The translations under genes were made by a program, and so were the position numbers. Shown here piece after piece: positions 12,184 to 41,370 of a stretch of 64,000 nucleotides of DNA (its first letter is position 1; the number at the start of each line of letters is the position of its first letter). A model generated the notes under the pieces. It was not told where the DNA came from, did no database searches, and saw only the letters and a program-made list of their open reading frames with translations. Origin of the DNA: Ascidiella aspersa (lineage: Eukaryota); assembly GCA_963924565.1 (NCBI GenBank), contig OZ004609.1, positions 12,462,001 through 12,526,000 on the forward strand, written 5' to 3'.

Positions 12184-13333
12184 GTTTAGATGGTCAACTT
12201 TTTATCTTTGAGAAATCTATCGTTTAATGTGAAAAAAGCCGGTTTGGTAACAAAGCTTAGAAAATAAATGTATCAACTTAGCATAGAAGGAGCAACGGTC
12301 CACCCTTAGATAACACCACCTGTCATATAGTATATGCAGGGGCAACTTCTCAAGTCGGCGGGCCTAATATGGGAAAACAAAGTACTTGGCGGGCAGGATT
12401 CCTGATCGTTATATTAATTGTACTGCCATAGTCTGCATGTTTTGTCGCACATTGGCGGCTAATGTTGTACTCTTTAAACCTGGCAATACTTCACATTTTC
12501 CTTTTTTTTTTTGCCGACTCGAGTGAAAAAGTACTTTGGCATCCAATCCTTGTTGAGATTTCTTGGCAAAACCCAAGGAAAAAAAAATATGTAAATTCTA
12601 AATCTAATTTGGGAACACACAATGAGACCTAAAAAGCAACAACACCTAAAGCAGAAAACTCAATAATAACATACTATTAACACCAACGACACAATAAAGC
12701 CCCAAATACGCAATATAGTAACTTGTAACCACAACAGAATAAGAGCTTAGAAGACATAAATTTGTCGGAATTAATCCTAAATTCTTCGAAATATGGCCTT
12801 AATGGCCAAAATAACGCATAAAACTGTAGGGAGAGCGTATATGACGTTCGGGGCCATGGGTATGGAATTGGCCGTTTGCTGTCGAATTTTGGGCGCCATG
12901 GTTAGAAGGGCGCCGTTCTGGCGCCGCTGTTTTGCCACGTGATTTTCTGACACTGTTTGGGGTGAGAAAATGGGTTAGGGTTGAAATTATTAGGGAAGTT
13001 AGAAATGTACTTAGGGTAATGTTTAGGGTAAGGTAAAATGGGGGATTGCGGTTGCCGTGGGCCACATTATCATGTAAAGCCGCAAACTTTCTGCGGGCCG
13101 CTCGAAATCCCGTCGCGGGCCGTATGTTGTCCGGCATATAGTTTACAATTAAACAATTAAGGACATTTACTATATTATGCTAAATCACATCCTCCAAAAC
13201 ATAAATCAGGTTTTTAGCTTACTTAGTGTGCAATTTAATTAATATAATTACCAAATTTTCAGTAATACAATTAAGTTGTTATAAACGTTTATAAAACACC
13301 ACCTATAAATGGAAGGAAATATGAAATGTGGTC

Positions 13334-13790
13334 GGTCCGCAATTAAATATTACAAGTAAAAACATGGCTAAAAGCGTGGAAGCTGTTAGCCAAGCCATAG
13401 CATTTAATTATATTTGAATTACTTCAAAATTGAGAAAAAATAGTGCTGCTTTCTACCCGTGGTATAGCATATAGATCCAATGGGTCGCTGGAAAGCCGGC
13501 CGAAGTAGCTAATGCTTGAAACGATTTTATTGCATAAAAAAATGCGCTGTCCTTCTAGGACTGTGATGATTTTGAAGTTTTGTATTATAAATACCATAAA
13601 CCGCTAATAGTTGTTTTTTTTGTTATCGTATCTAAATATTTGAATGAAAAATGAAAATTCCCCTAATGCGGTTTGATTGCTAACTTTTTCATGCAGACTC
13701 ACAACATAGAAAAACAAGTAGGCCTAGGTCAGTCTGATTCGGTACCAAATGACGTTGTTGCCATGGTAAAATAAGAAAAGCCAATAGAAT
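13334..13790 (+). pseudogene. Internally deleted duplicate of the SDR locus
   Basis: 13334-13472 resembles the SDR upstream region 16343-16483; 13476-13518 resembles CDS 17185-17229 (PMGR.GKP.EVANA); 13520-13787 resembles the 3' region 17305-17574. Confidence 0.8.
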
Positions 13791-15389
13791 TGAAACAGAC
13801 AAGAGTAACGATTTTGAGTTACTTTGTCCAACTGTACCTTAGACTAAAAGAGTTAGTGAGCTTAGATGGTTAATTTTGTAGGTTAGAGAAATTTGTCTTG
13901 GATGTGAAAAAAGCCGCTTTGGGTCACAAAAACCCTATTTAAAATGAATATATCATATTACCATGGAATTGGCAACGGTATACCACCCTTTTATCAGACA
14001 ATTTTACGATACTACCACCTGGCATATAGCATTTAGAGATGATTAAATAATCACAGACAAAACTACATGCTATCGAACATCCTGTTATACATAAATCAGC
14101 GCTTAATAGTGTGTTATTTAATTAATACAATTCAGAAATAGAAGACTGTGTCTGAGTTGTTAAAAACGTTTATTAAACAGCAAAATTAGCAGTTTGAACG
14201 ACGTATAAATGGAAGGAAGTATAGTGTTACCTCTTCGAAATCTGCCAAAAACAGTGCAGTTTTATTTATTTGGTATTTTCACATATCGTGCTAGTATTTC
14301 CTACGTTCAACGATAATGAAGATCGGGCACAAATTGTCAGGGGAGCGCGAGCTCTACTCCAATATTAAACCTTTTGTAATGATTTTATTGGTTCTATGTT
14401 GCGTTTCTTATTAATTCTGCATTTATGCTGTCCTATGATTTACATCGAAATTACTCATGTGTAGATAAGTAACTGAAGAAAAGCGGTTAATAATTCAGCG
14501 ATTTGCAAACTTTTGGGCCACCGGTACTACGATTTCATAGTTTGTCGTTTTTTAAACAGTATTTGCTACTTATTACAGCCGGTTTTGGCTATATTTTGTT
14601 TTGACTATATTTGGTATCCAAGTTGTGCACAGAAGCTGAGCATCATGCCTTTCTCTCCACAAATTGTGTTTTAGCCAACTATAACAACAGAACTGCGAAA
14701 ATGTTTTGAGCTTTGCGCGAACCTGTCATTCATATATCACAGATGGTTAGCGCCGGAGAGCTCATACTTATTTCCGCGAATTGGTATGGTTATTTGCTTG
14801 TTAGCCATTGCATTGTGTTTCATAACACCTTTTGAAACACGATTAAGGCAATGTTTAATTTTTGCTCTTCGGGCGAAATTTTATTTGGTTTCTGTGCAGC
14901 CTTACAACTGTGGAGTCAATTCCCTCATTACATGTTTGGCAAAATCGGTATGCTGTGTTTAAGTTTACCAAATCAAATCAAATAAACACAATTTTTTTTG
15001 AGGTTCGCGCGATTTTGAGTCACTTTTTGTATTATTATGTTGTCGCATTGATATGTAATCGAAAAATATTAAATTGTGGGCGCGGAAAGTGGGCGCGGTA
15101 GAACAAAGGTTAAGTCGAGCCATTGCTCTAGACTAGACAATATATGGTTATAACTGGAATGAGTTTGTAATCGTGTATAAGCATTCACAGGACTATAACC
15201 AGGACAATTACTGATGGACACCCTTAAAATGAAAAATGGAAAGCTAATCTCGTATGTTTTATTACGTATATAGAAAGATTATTATTAGCGTGTCACAGTA
15301 TCCATAATAACGCAGAAATAAACAACGCAGTTTGTCAACATAGTTTTACCACTTAAACTTTCACGGTATGCAACCGCCAGATAAGGTTT

Positions 15390-15635
15390 GGTTCAGTAGT
15401 AATGTAAAAAGCTTTCTTCGCTTGCCTAGCACAAACCAGCATTAGCAGCTTCAACCGGCTTTCTAAAGCGACCCATTGGAATATTTTGCTTGGTGGCATC
15501 GAGAAATTAATTGTCAAGGGCGTATAAAGCGTTGGAGTATTAATGGGACCTGGCGTTACAGCATTGCATCTGACGCCGAACTTTCCAGCCTCAATGCACG
15601 TCGTTTTGTAAGAGCAATCAGTCTGGCCCAACTTT
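15390..15635 (-). pseudogene. Inverted, frameshifted C-terminal SDR fragment
   Basis: Translates KTTCIEAGKFGVRCNAVTPGPINTP, then after a frameshift IPMGRFRKPVEAANAGL, matching the intact SDR. Confidence 0.85.
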
Positions 15636-16534
15636 CAAGATTTTTAATGGCGAGCGGCTGTCTCGTTTTATGGATGGCATACATATTTTTGCTTTTATAG
15701 TGCACGGAAAATTCGGCAGTCCTATATTAATTATTATCCACAGTGTTTAAACCGTTATAGTTGAACATTACATGTTTATTGCATGGCAGACGATAAAATT
15801 TTGGGCGGTTGTTATTCTACTTTGTACACTTATAGCTATACCAGTGTTCCCCCTGAAGAAATTATACTGTGAAAAGGTTTGTTTCAGCAAGGATAAATAC
15901 TTTAGCACTGTTTGAATGACAAACTTTTCTGTCATTCGTTACCGGTTTTCTTAAGACTAACCTTGCTTTTGGGATGTCGGCATTAGCGTGAATCTGGTGG
16001 ATCATAACTGTATCGAAACTTAAACTGTATGTTTACACAGGTTATAGCTTCTGCTGGCTCAACCAAAATTGAACTACTGCAGCTAAATAAACCAATTTTG
16101 TTTACACGTCTCTCGTTTTAGAAACAAAAAAGGCGAACGAGAGAGAACATTTAATCAGCAGCGAAAAGCAAACTTGCGAAAATGAAATACCGGTACACTT
16201 AGTACACATTTTATGCAATGCGTTCAAAGCTTTAGCAATTGCAGAAAAGGGTATAAGCAAGTTTTGTTTTCACTCTGCTATGAGCTTTTGTTTTTAAACG
16301 TTTCGAAAACAAAAAATTTGAGTTAAATACAAAACGTTTTCAGGTCCGCAACTACGGTACATATTATATTGAAGAAAGATTAAAAGCGTTTAAGCAAGCT
16401 ATTAGCCAAGCCAAGGCATTTTAGCATAATTAATTACTTTAGAAAAAATAGTATTGCTTTCTGCCCTCGGTATTATTGCATATCGTGTTGTAATATTTCT
16501 TTTGTGAATAGGTTTTGTGTTTCAGGCTTTTAAA

Positions 16535-17299
16535 ATGGCTGGAGTCGGTAGGTTAAACGGTAAAGGGGCCATTGTCACTGGAGCCGCAGGGGGCATCGGA
16601 CAAGCTATCTGTGAACGCTTTCTGGTCGAGGGTTCCAAAGTCATGATGGTGGATTACAACACAGAAAATCTCGAACGTGCCTACGAAAAGTTAAGTGCTA
16701 AATATCAAAGCAAAGTTGCGATGTTTCAGTGCGACGTGGCCAAAGAGAGTTCAGCGTCAAAGGTCATTGATGCTGCAAACAATCAATTTGGACATTGTAA
16801 TATCCTGGTAAACAATGCCGGTGTTGTACACGTTTCTCCGATCGTCGAAACAACCTTGGCTTCGTTTAATCAGGTATTGGGTGTCAACCTGATTGGCGTC
16901 TTCAATTTTACAAAGCAGTTTCTTCAAAGACTTGAGCTTGGAGAGAACAAGGATGTAGCAGGAGCAAGTATAGTTAACGTCGCCAGCGTTATGGGAGTCA
17001 AGGGAATGGAAAATTGTTCCTCGTACGCTGCTTCTAAAGCCGGGGTGATTGCTTTCACAAAGACGACGTGCATTGAGGTGGGAAGGTTCGGTGTCAGGTG
17101 CAATGCTGTTTTGCCAGGCCCAATCGAAACACCTATGCTTAACTTGCTTGATAAAACAACTATTGGTGGTATAAAGCAAATGGTTCCAATGGGTCGCTTA
17201 GGAAAGCCGGTCGAAGTTGCTAATGCTTGTTTGTTCCTGGCAAGCGATGGAAGCTCTTACGTTAATGGAGCAGAACTTTGTGTATCTGGCGGTTTTTAG
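16535..17299 (+). CDS. Short-chain dehydrogenase/reductase, HSD17B8 / 3-oxoacyl-ACP reductase-like (254 aa, intronless CDS)
   Basis: TGAAGGIG Rossmann motif, acidic residue at the end of beta2 (MVD, NAD preference), NNAG, catalytic S and YAASK, RCNAVLPG, PMGRLG. ATG at 16535 follows a tttcag acceptor (16520-16525). Confidence 0.93.
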   Translation: MAGVGRLNGKGAIVTGAAGGIGQAICERFLVEGSKVMMVDYNTENLERAYEKLSAKYQSKVAMFQCDVAKESSASKVIDAANNQFGHCNILVNNAGVVHVSPIVETTLASFNQVLGVNLIGVFNFTKQFLQRLELGENKDVAGASIVNVASVMGVKGMENCSSYAASKAGVIAFTKTTCIEVGRFGVRCNAVLPGPIETPMLNLLDKTTIGGIKQMVPMGRLGKPVEVANACLFLASDGSSYVNGAELCVSGGF

Positions 17300-18121
17300 G
17301 CTTATACGATTTTATAGCAAAAAAATAACCTTTTAGGAATGCGTTGTGTTTTAAGTTTGGTATTGCAAATACCATAAACCGCTAATAATTGTTTTGTATA
17401 TTATGCTGTTAAATCGTATCCCAATATGTGAACGTAACATAAAATTATGCCCTTGATGCGGTTTGCTTGATACCTATTTTATTGCAAACTCACAACATTG
17501 TAGACAAAAATCTACGGCAGTCCGATTTGGTATGAAATGACGTAATTGCCATGGTGGCTTAAGCAAAGCCAATAATTATATCGGCATTGCAGTTATCTGG
17601 CCTGCGATGGCCAGGCCTTACCAGTTGGGCTGGAGTCTACAAATGCATGAAAATATGTAAGGTTGCAACAATCAACCTTGGGGTGAAAATCTGTATAAAA
17701 ACGAAACAATAAGCCCTCAAAATATACAACGGTTGGGTTGTCGAAGGTCATGGCCCACAAACTATATTACCGGCCAACTCTTAGCATAAAAATGCAAAAA
17801 AAAATCGCTCTTTGAACTTCATCCTGATTTTCTAATATAAAAAAATACTCGCGTAATAAAAATGCTGCAGAAAATAATTAAACGCGCAGGTTATAGCAGT
17901 GCACTTGGTATTCCATGGGTAATAATTACTCAGTTCGAATATAATTATTAGGAGCCATGTTTTCCTACCTGCATTTTGCTCATCTTTTGAGGCAAAGTTG
18001 CTTAAAAACAATCTACTAAGGAAATCTGGACGTTGTGAAATACTGCACAGTACTCTGCGACTTAACCAACCAAATCACCTTTGAGTTTAGGTTGCGAACC
18101 ATACATCGAGAAGCACTAAAG

Positions 18122-18385
18122 CAGGGATGTCCAACATTTTATTATAGTATGGGCCGCATTAACACTTCTATCAAGTTTCAAGAGTAAGTATTGGCCTTAA
18201 GAGTTATAACGGGCCTTTAGAGGTATATATATATTTTTGCCCATATTATACTATTAGTGCGCCCCTAAAAGCTGACTGGTACATTTCAATTAGGCTGATA
18301 TTAAACGTTTAAAACACTGTTTGGGGGTGAAAATGACAAGCGGGCCCCAAAAAATGTTTGGCGGGCCGCAGGTTGGACATCCCTG
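18122..18385. mobile_element. hAT-like MITE
   Basis: TIR cagggatgtccaac / gttggacatccctg; perfect TSD cactaaag. Confidence 0.9.
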
Positions 18386-18618
18386 CACTAAAGTAAAGCA
18401 ATTGAAATACCTCAAATGTAAACATCAACATATTTTATTAATCTATTGACAGTGCCAACGCGTTTATGACGTCACGAAGCAGCGTTATGATCTAATAAAT
18501 CAAGTAACGTTAATCGAACGGCGCCGCTAGTAAGAGCATCGAGCATGCGTGCTAGACATCAATCGAAACGCAAAACGAAATAATATATGAACTGACAACA
18601 AATTCGGGGATTTACCGA

Positions 18619-18680
18619 ACACACACACACACACGCACGCACGCACGCACGCACGGACACACATACATACAGGCACACGC
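18619..18680. repeat. (CA)n/(CGCA)n microsatellite
   Basis: acacacacacacacacgcacgcacgcacgcacgcacg run. Confidence 0.9.
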
Positions 18681-20020
18681 ATTCGCCAAATCATTGCACA
18701 AAAATTGTTTCAACGTTGGGAAATAGTCGCAAGTTTGCAAATGAACTTCCAACATAAAGCGTAATATGAACATTGATAAATTTAATCGGAGTAATCGGGA
18801 TAACAATCTTGCAACTTCACCAGTTCTGGTGACATCACATTAAGCATTGATTACAGCAAAAGTCTAAAATAGGGTAACGCAATAAAGGATTACAACACGT
18901 TGCATGCCTTGTGTTTAACAAAAATGATACAAGTTTCATATTAGTTGTTCAGTGAAGCGGCGATCACTTAAAGAACCAAATAAACTCCTACACAGCGTAC
19001 TTTTGTTTTAGTTGTCATCTGCTACTTGTATTCAATCTAATTTCGGAGCCACAAAATTTGAGTTGAATCCTTAGTGGTATATTAACAGTATGGTCAAACG
19101 GCTAAGTCAAGCGGGGTCGCAAGTTATTACGTCGGTTAAAATGCGAGATTTTTGATATCCCTGCCTCTGATTGCAAAAAGTATATATAAAACAAGACCCA
19201 TCTGCGCTACAAGCACGACAACCTATCCCCGCACAAGCAAGCAACCTACAAAAAACAGTTTGTGCGCAACTTACACCGATAGATTTCGCTTGAACTTCAA
19301 AACGGATGTCGCGCAACAAATAATAACACGTCTGGAGACTATATTCAATGAGCATCCACTAGTATTTTGCATAATAGAGGCTGTTTTTGTCGTGACTTTA
19401 TCATTATGATTAACTTCTAGCGACTGTTGATAAAATGGTTTTAAAGTTGTTTACATTAATTTGAGTGCGATAACTACAGGAAACGGTGATAAAGACAGCT
19501 TTAATCGAGCCGTAGTGGGTGCAACACTATGCCGAATTAAAACACAACGGTAATTTACAAATAAATTAACTGATAATGCGGAAATAGAATAACCACACGT
19601 ATAAACGACACACATTTTAGTACTACGAGAAATACTTTGCAACGACTATTGTATAGGTAATTGCTTATTATTTCGGAAAAAACAAGCCGTTTATCAAGCT
19701 ATGACGTGGTTGCTTCTGTAGCTTATATTTTTTTAAGAGATTTATACAGAACTGTTCCAGTGGTGATAAAGTGTTTTTGCAATAACTTTTGCTGTCAACA
19801 AATTTAGCAAACAAAGCAGTATACACTGCAATTCCTTCTTAATTGACATAACGGTTTCGATGTAATACAAGCAAACAGCTATACGTATGCAATCTTATAA
19901 CACCAACATTTGTAAAGAGAGAGCAAGCGAATAAAAGTATCGTTGCGTAGAACGAGATTCGATCAGCTGACCGCCAGGTCGCTTGTGCGTGAGTTAAAGA
20001 TAAAAGGATTAGATTTTTTT

Positions 20021-36102
<16,082 letters not shown>

Positions 36103-36493
36103 TCTGTAGGCTTACAGGTTAAAAATAATACATATATCTATAAGCCTACTCTCTGCATAACTGAAAATCACAAATTTTTGTTTTAATTTTACACATATGT
36201 ATATATATATAAATTTTATAGATAAAAGTAAAATATAGTAAATCAGGGGTGGGTAGTGGGCATTTATTATTGTTTTTCAGCGGGCCTCATGGGAATAACA
36301 ATATTTCCTAAAGGCTCGTGCTATAAAGGATATATAAAATACACAGACTATACAAAGATTATTGTAAAAAGAAAGCTGTAAACAGCATTGCTTTATGCTG
36401 GTAGTGGTGGCAAAAAGTAAGGTTGTCTTTCAAGTATAATTTATTCAATGACGTATTCTAAAATAAAAGTAGAAAAACATGAAGGCTTATTTT

Positions 36494-37175
36494 GGCACTG
36501 GTCTGGAAACTTAACACAACGCACATTATTTGGATAAGCATTTGGGTTAAGGTGGGTCAACTATTATTATTAAACAATGAATATAATACTTAACCCACCC
36601 ACACATAAATGCTTATTCGAACCCTAACCCAAATATTGTTTGTCGATTTTATAATTGTGGTAGGATTCTAGACTATGGCTCATCTCCGGGAATGTTTCGA
36701 CGGGAAATTCATGGGATTTGCCGCGAATTAATGATCCCGAATCCCGGAAAATTTTTTATAATCCCGGTTATTCGGCAACATACCAAAACTTGAAAAAAAA
36801 ACTAGTCATTTTTGACTGATATAAAAAAAAATATTACCAAACCCAAGTCGTGTCCTGAGTTACTTTATTTGCGCTTACCAGCGGAAAAACTTGATTAAAT
36901 TTATTCTACCAATAAAAATGCGCCCTACATGTGCTTTTTTTTAAAATAAAAAAAACAAATAGGGTGCATCTTTTAATACGAGAACGTCTTGCAAGATTCC
37001 ACAAGCAATACTACAGAACATAAATGAGCTTAATTAAATGTTTGGAGCTAATATAAAATAATTTTAAACTTCGACGAAATTAAAATTCCGGAATTCCCGG
37101 GAATTTTCATTTTTCAATTTCGTTTCCCGGGAGTGAAAAAATCCTGAAAAAAAAACACTATTCTAGACCAGCACC
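36494..37175. mobile_element. GG-ended (Merlin-like) MITE with a nested insertion (~36674-37160)
   Basis: ggcactggtctgga...tctagaccagcacc; 8-bp TSD cttatttt; same family as 61998-62176; the nested insert is flanked by ttctagac. Confidence 0.75.
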
Positions 37176-39302
37176 CTTATTTTTCCTAAAAAAATTGTTA
37201 AATTGAATTATTAGGCAGGTAATTTAAAAGGTTAACTTATCGATAGTTTAAAACAATGGACTGTGAAAATTATCGCAAGTGCACATACAAGTTTTTTCAA
37301 CAGGCCCAATATGCACACAAAAAAACAAATAGGCACCCTAATTTTCCATATGTTACACAAGTGCCAGTTTGGAAATATGACAGATCTTGAGGGTGCACTG
37401 CCAAAAATCCGGATGATCGGGTGCAACAAACGTCAAAAAAGTACACCTCAGGTGCACTATATGATTTTGCAAAGCTCCTTTTATTCTGATTTTTTAGGCA
37501 TGTCAGTTGGAAAGTTTAAAATATTAATGAACCATGCAGTTGCACACTCCGCCCAGATTGAAAACTTTGGATATTGCGCCGGGAGATGTTTTGCAGCTGA
37601 AAAAATGCACGGCTGAAAATAAAATTTTGACTTGAACTTGCGCGGCTGAAAATAAACCACCAGGCTACCGAAAGTTGTAAGTTGCCACATTATAATAAAC
37701 TTACAGGTTTACAGCGTTTAAGAATACTTGAAGCACTGCGCAATTTTTGGTTGGTGTGTGGGCGCTGGTAAATATTTTAAAAGTTTATTTTTAGGTAATT
37801 TAGTTTCATACAGAAGTTTGCGCGGCTTAAGTTTTGCGCGTTTGCTCGAGTCAGATTTGCGCGGCTGAACACATTTTCTACAAAATGCGCGGCTGTGACC
37901 GCGGCTGAAAGTGCAGGCCAAACTTTCCAACCTGGCACTCCGCCACAGACATATACAGCCATATTGTAGAAAATTACCGTGAAATGCATTTGGCCACAAA
38001 AAGTCAATCAAACAGGCAAAACTCCAGTCTGGATTATATTTTTGGGTAGTAAATAATATGTCGGCAGTCTTTACTTTAATCTAGAAGCCTTGCGCATGTG
38101 ATATCTCTGCGAAATCTACCTTACTTTTCTGGAGTTTAGGTGTTCTAGTTGTTAATTCATATGTGCATACAAATTGCTTTATAAAACGGTAAGGGTGCAG
38201 GTTAGCGTTTGGAAAGGTCAATCAATATTTATAAATAATATTAACACTTGAAACTTGACCCACACTCACACAAACACTAACCGACACCCTAACCCAAATA
38301 TTGTGCGTGGCTTTAATAATTGTTACAATTTACAGCATAACCGCAAGCAACTCTTCATAAACTTTTATGCAGGTTTTGCTTTTATAACTAAGTAAAAAGC
38401 ACCAATGAACTTGATTTTGTAACCACTGTCATTTCGGCAAAATCATTTGTCGTGCTTTTTAACATATTTTCACGCCGCTTACCACAAATGTTTTTTTTTT
38501 TGCATAACAAATAAAAACTGAATTACAAACGATTACTTCCCATTTTTGTCACGAATACATTTAAATTGCCAAGAAAACACTATTTTCAATTTATTTCTTC
38601 AATTTTTGCTTACATAGATGCAATATAAAAAAGGTTATACAGCATCAAAAATATCTAAATTTTACCATACAACTCAGCTTAACAAGATAAGCTTAGCTTT
38701 CTACTCTGGTCAGTAAGATACTTACAGCAAAAAAAGTATTTTTTTTTTTTTTTTTATGTTTATATAAAAAAGGAAACCAATAAAACAAACGTTGGGGGTA
38801 AATTGAGTAAAATTTTGAAAACTATCCGAGCAGCCTCCTATTCGGTTCATTCAGATATTTCCAGCCAGATAATTTTTCCGTAACTGTTTTAGAAAAATAA
38901 ATAAAATAAAAAATTAAAAAAATAAGTTGAGGGACAAATTCAGTAGAATTTTTGACTATAATGAATTTTCCATAAACATGTGGGTGCTTTCAATTTGATA
39001 TGTAGAAACTAGAAAGTACCGCAAAAACAATAAACAGGTACGGTCTGCATATTATGCTCATTTTAAGATTTCTTTCGCTGTGGGTACTTCAGCGTATTAG
39101 TTTTTACATTTTCTGAACACCCTTAAGTGCCCCAACTACAAGATGCGATCTCTAAGGAATTTAATATTTTTAACACGAAAATAGAATTACAAAACATGAA
39201 ATAAAATTACAAAACACATTGCGGCGCAGCACAAAACAAGTTTAAGGATACTTGCTTAATCTTAATAATCTTATCTCCTGCGTAACTGACGCATTTTTGC
39301 AC

Positions 39303-39872
39303 GATGCGTTATCTGGCGAAAGATTCAACTGAATCTCTTGTAAAATGAATTTGCCGCTAGTTGGCAGCACAAATAATTTGGTCAGTTGGGAATGTGACAA
39401 TTAAAAGCCACGTTCTGTATAGCGATGGAAAATCTTAAAGCGGGTTTGCCTTTTAATATGAGGTCTGTTGCGATTTTGTACGTACAAAATAATCTCTTTA
39501 GCTATCGTACATAAAAAATGATCTCAATAGCTACAAGGTGCGACACCTGGCGGAAGGTCAAACAGACCCTATTGAAAAATGAGTTTGCCGCTAGCTGGCA
39601 ACACAGATAATCTGAGTTGCTATTACAAAAGGCGTTTTTCCTAGCGCGCTCTCTTTGGCTGCACCTTGACTCGTAAAAAGCCACGTTCTGTATAACGGGA
39701 TTTACTTTTAAATAAGGGCTGTTGCGATTATGCACGTAAAAAAGCATCTCCTTAAAAAAATATTTCTGCCATCTGTGTTGCCCACAGGTTCCCAAGCTTT
39801 AGGATTTTTCTGCTGTGCAACAGTGGCGCAGCAGAGCTAACAGCTACAAGGTTCGACACCTGGTGAAAGATC
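39303..39872. repeat. Diverged tandem repeat (~230-310 bp unit, 2+ copies) carrying CTCF-like motifs
   Basis: Repeated blocks ttgccgctag.tggca.cac, aaaagccacgttctgtata, ctgttgcgatt and agctacaaggt.cgacacctgg. Confidence 0.75.
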
Positions 39873-40461
39873 CAATGTTTCATGCTGTTAACAATTTGCT
39901 AACAATTTGATCGGACGGTGTTAACAATTTGATCAGACGGTGCTATTTTTTGCCCAAATTATCGATAACGAAATGAAACACGATTGATCGTATTGCCAAA
40001 GTTTTTGAATAATTATAAAAGTACTTTAGCATGAAAAACTTTTGTAGCGATACTTCACGGCAATTTTGGGGTTGTATTTTTTAACAGGTAATGTCTATCT
40101 GACCCTATACGTTATTCAGTAGTATTAACATTGACAATTTAGGAACTTAGGATTATTCTAAATCAAGCCCAACGTCAATATAAGATTAAGCATTTGTGAG
40201 GTATCACTTATAACGCCGATGGCATAATACGATATTGCGATTTTTTAAGGATTACTCTATTCCGCGTAAAAACCAAAAGCCAACATATGCTTGTCATTAA
40301 AATGAAACATCGCATAACCAACAAAACATCCGGCCATGTAACTAATATAGACATTTTAATAAGCTATCAATACGCAGTAAACAACAGACAAGGCAGTACA
40401 ACTTGTTGAACAGCCTACATACGTGGAGGCAAAGGCACAATTATGAACACACAACGGGCAG

Positions 40462-41370
40462 TCAGACCCCACTGTTTTCGATAAGATCCAACGGTAGCGG
40501 CGGATATCCGTGCGCGGGCGATGAGTTATTTGATCGGTTTAAATCTTTTAGTAGGTTTGGACTAAGTTCGGCGGCTGCTGTCTGCTGTATCGCTTCCACT
40601 TTTGGCGCGGTTTTCTGGGCGTTCTCGCAACGTTCCAGCAGGTCGTTGCCAACGTGGGCCCGCGGGATCATGTGCAGACGTGGGAAAAATGGATCGTTGC
40701 CGTTCTCCGGATATGTGATGTACGGCCCGCAGTTGGGCAACGCATGGTGCTTGAAATTCTTTGCCGTATCGTACTGCGACGTCGCTCGTCGTACTTTCTT
40801 GCCGTGCTGTGTCGGCGGCACTTGGAGGTATAGGCTGGAATTGCGCAGCAGCTTCGCCCTTTCCGAGTATTTACGCTTGACCGGCGAGTGCTGACGCCGC
40901 TGCGATGGAAGCCTGCTGGACAGTTGCAGGCTTTTGTCAGCGCACCCAGCGCACATCGTTGAGCAAAACACAAGGCTACAGTCGTGACCGTGGTCGCCGC
41001 GAGGCGAAGCCGACATATCGCGCTTTCTGGAAGAGCAGCATGGATTGCGCCTGCCGACGATCAAACGCGATTCAGAGTCATTACCAAACGAAGTGCTGGT
41101 TATTGTAGAGAGGCAAGGGGTGCTGCCATATCCCGGGTCACTTGCACTTACGGTGCGCACAACCAAACCGTGGTAGTCTTTCTGTCTGGTGTGCGCCTTC
41201 TGATGCTCGCAGCATGCTGACACTGCCCAGAGCATAAGCAGAATGAGAAGCACCACGGCCAGCGCAATACAAACGTACACTACTGTGGAAGTGATTGGTG
41301 ACATCACGGAAAACTGCTTCGGATCGCTGAACGTGCCGAGCGATAATCCTGGTTCGCTGCTGTCACTCAT
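40462..41370 (-). CDS. Single-pass membrane protein (302 aa from ATG 41370): short N-terminus, TM, CC motif, long Tyr/Ser/Arg-rich tail; separate gene or alternative last exon of the CUB gene
   Basis: Long GC-elevated ORF; TM VVYVCIALAVVLLILLMLWAV followed by SACC; acceptor tgtttgttcag at 41414. Confidence 0.8.
   Translation of the reverse strand: MSDSSEPGLSLGTFSDPKQFSVMSPITSTVVYVCIALAVVLLILLMLWAVSACCEHQKAHTRQKDYHGLVVRTVSASDPGYGSTPCLSTITSTSFGNDSESRLIVGRRNPCCSSRKRDMSASPRGDHGHDCSLVFCSTMCAGCADKSLQLSSRLPSQRRQHSPVKRKYSERAKLLRNSSLYLQVPPTQHGKKVRRATSQYDTAKNFKHHALPNCGPYITYPENGNDPFFPRLHMIPRAHVGNDLLERCENAQKTAPKVEAIQQTAAAELSPNLLKDLNRSNNSSPAHGYPPLPLDLIENSGV

Noticed and set aside
16757-17179. 140-aa minus-strand ORF
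   Set aside because: Antisense shadow of the SDR CDS with no recognisable motifs.
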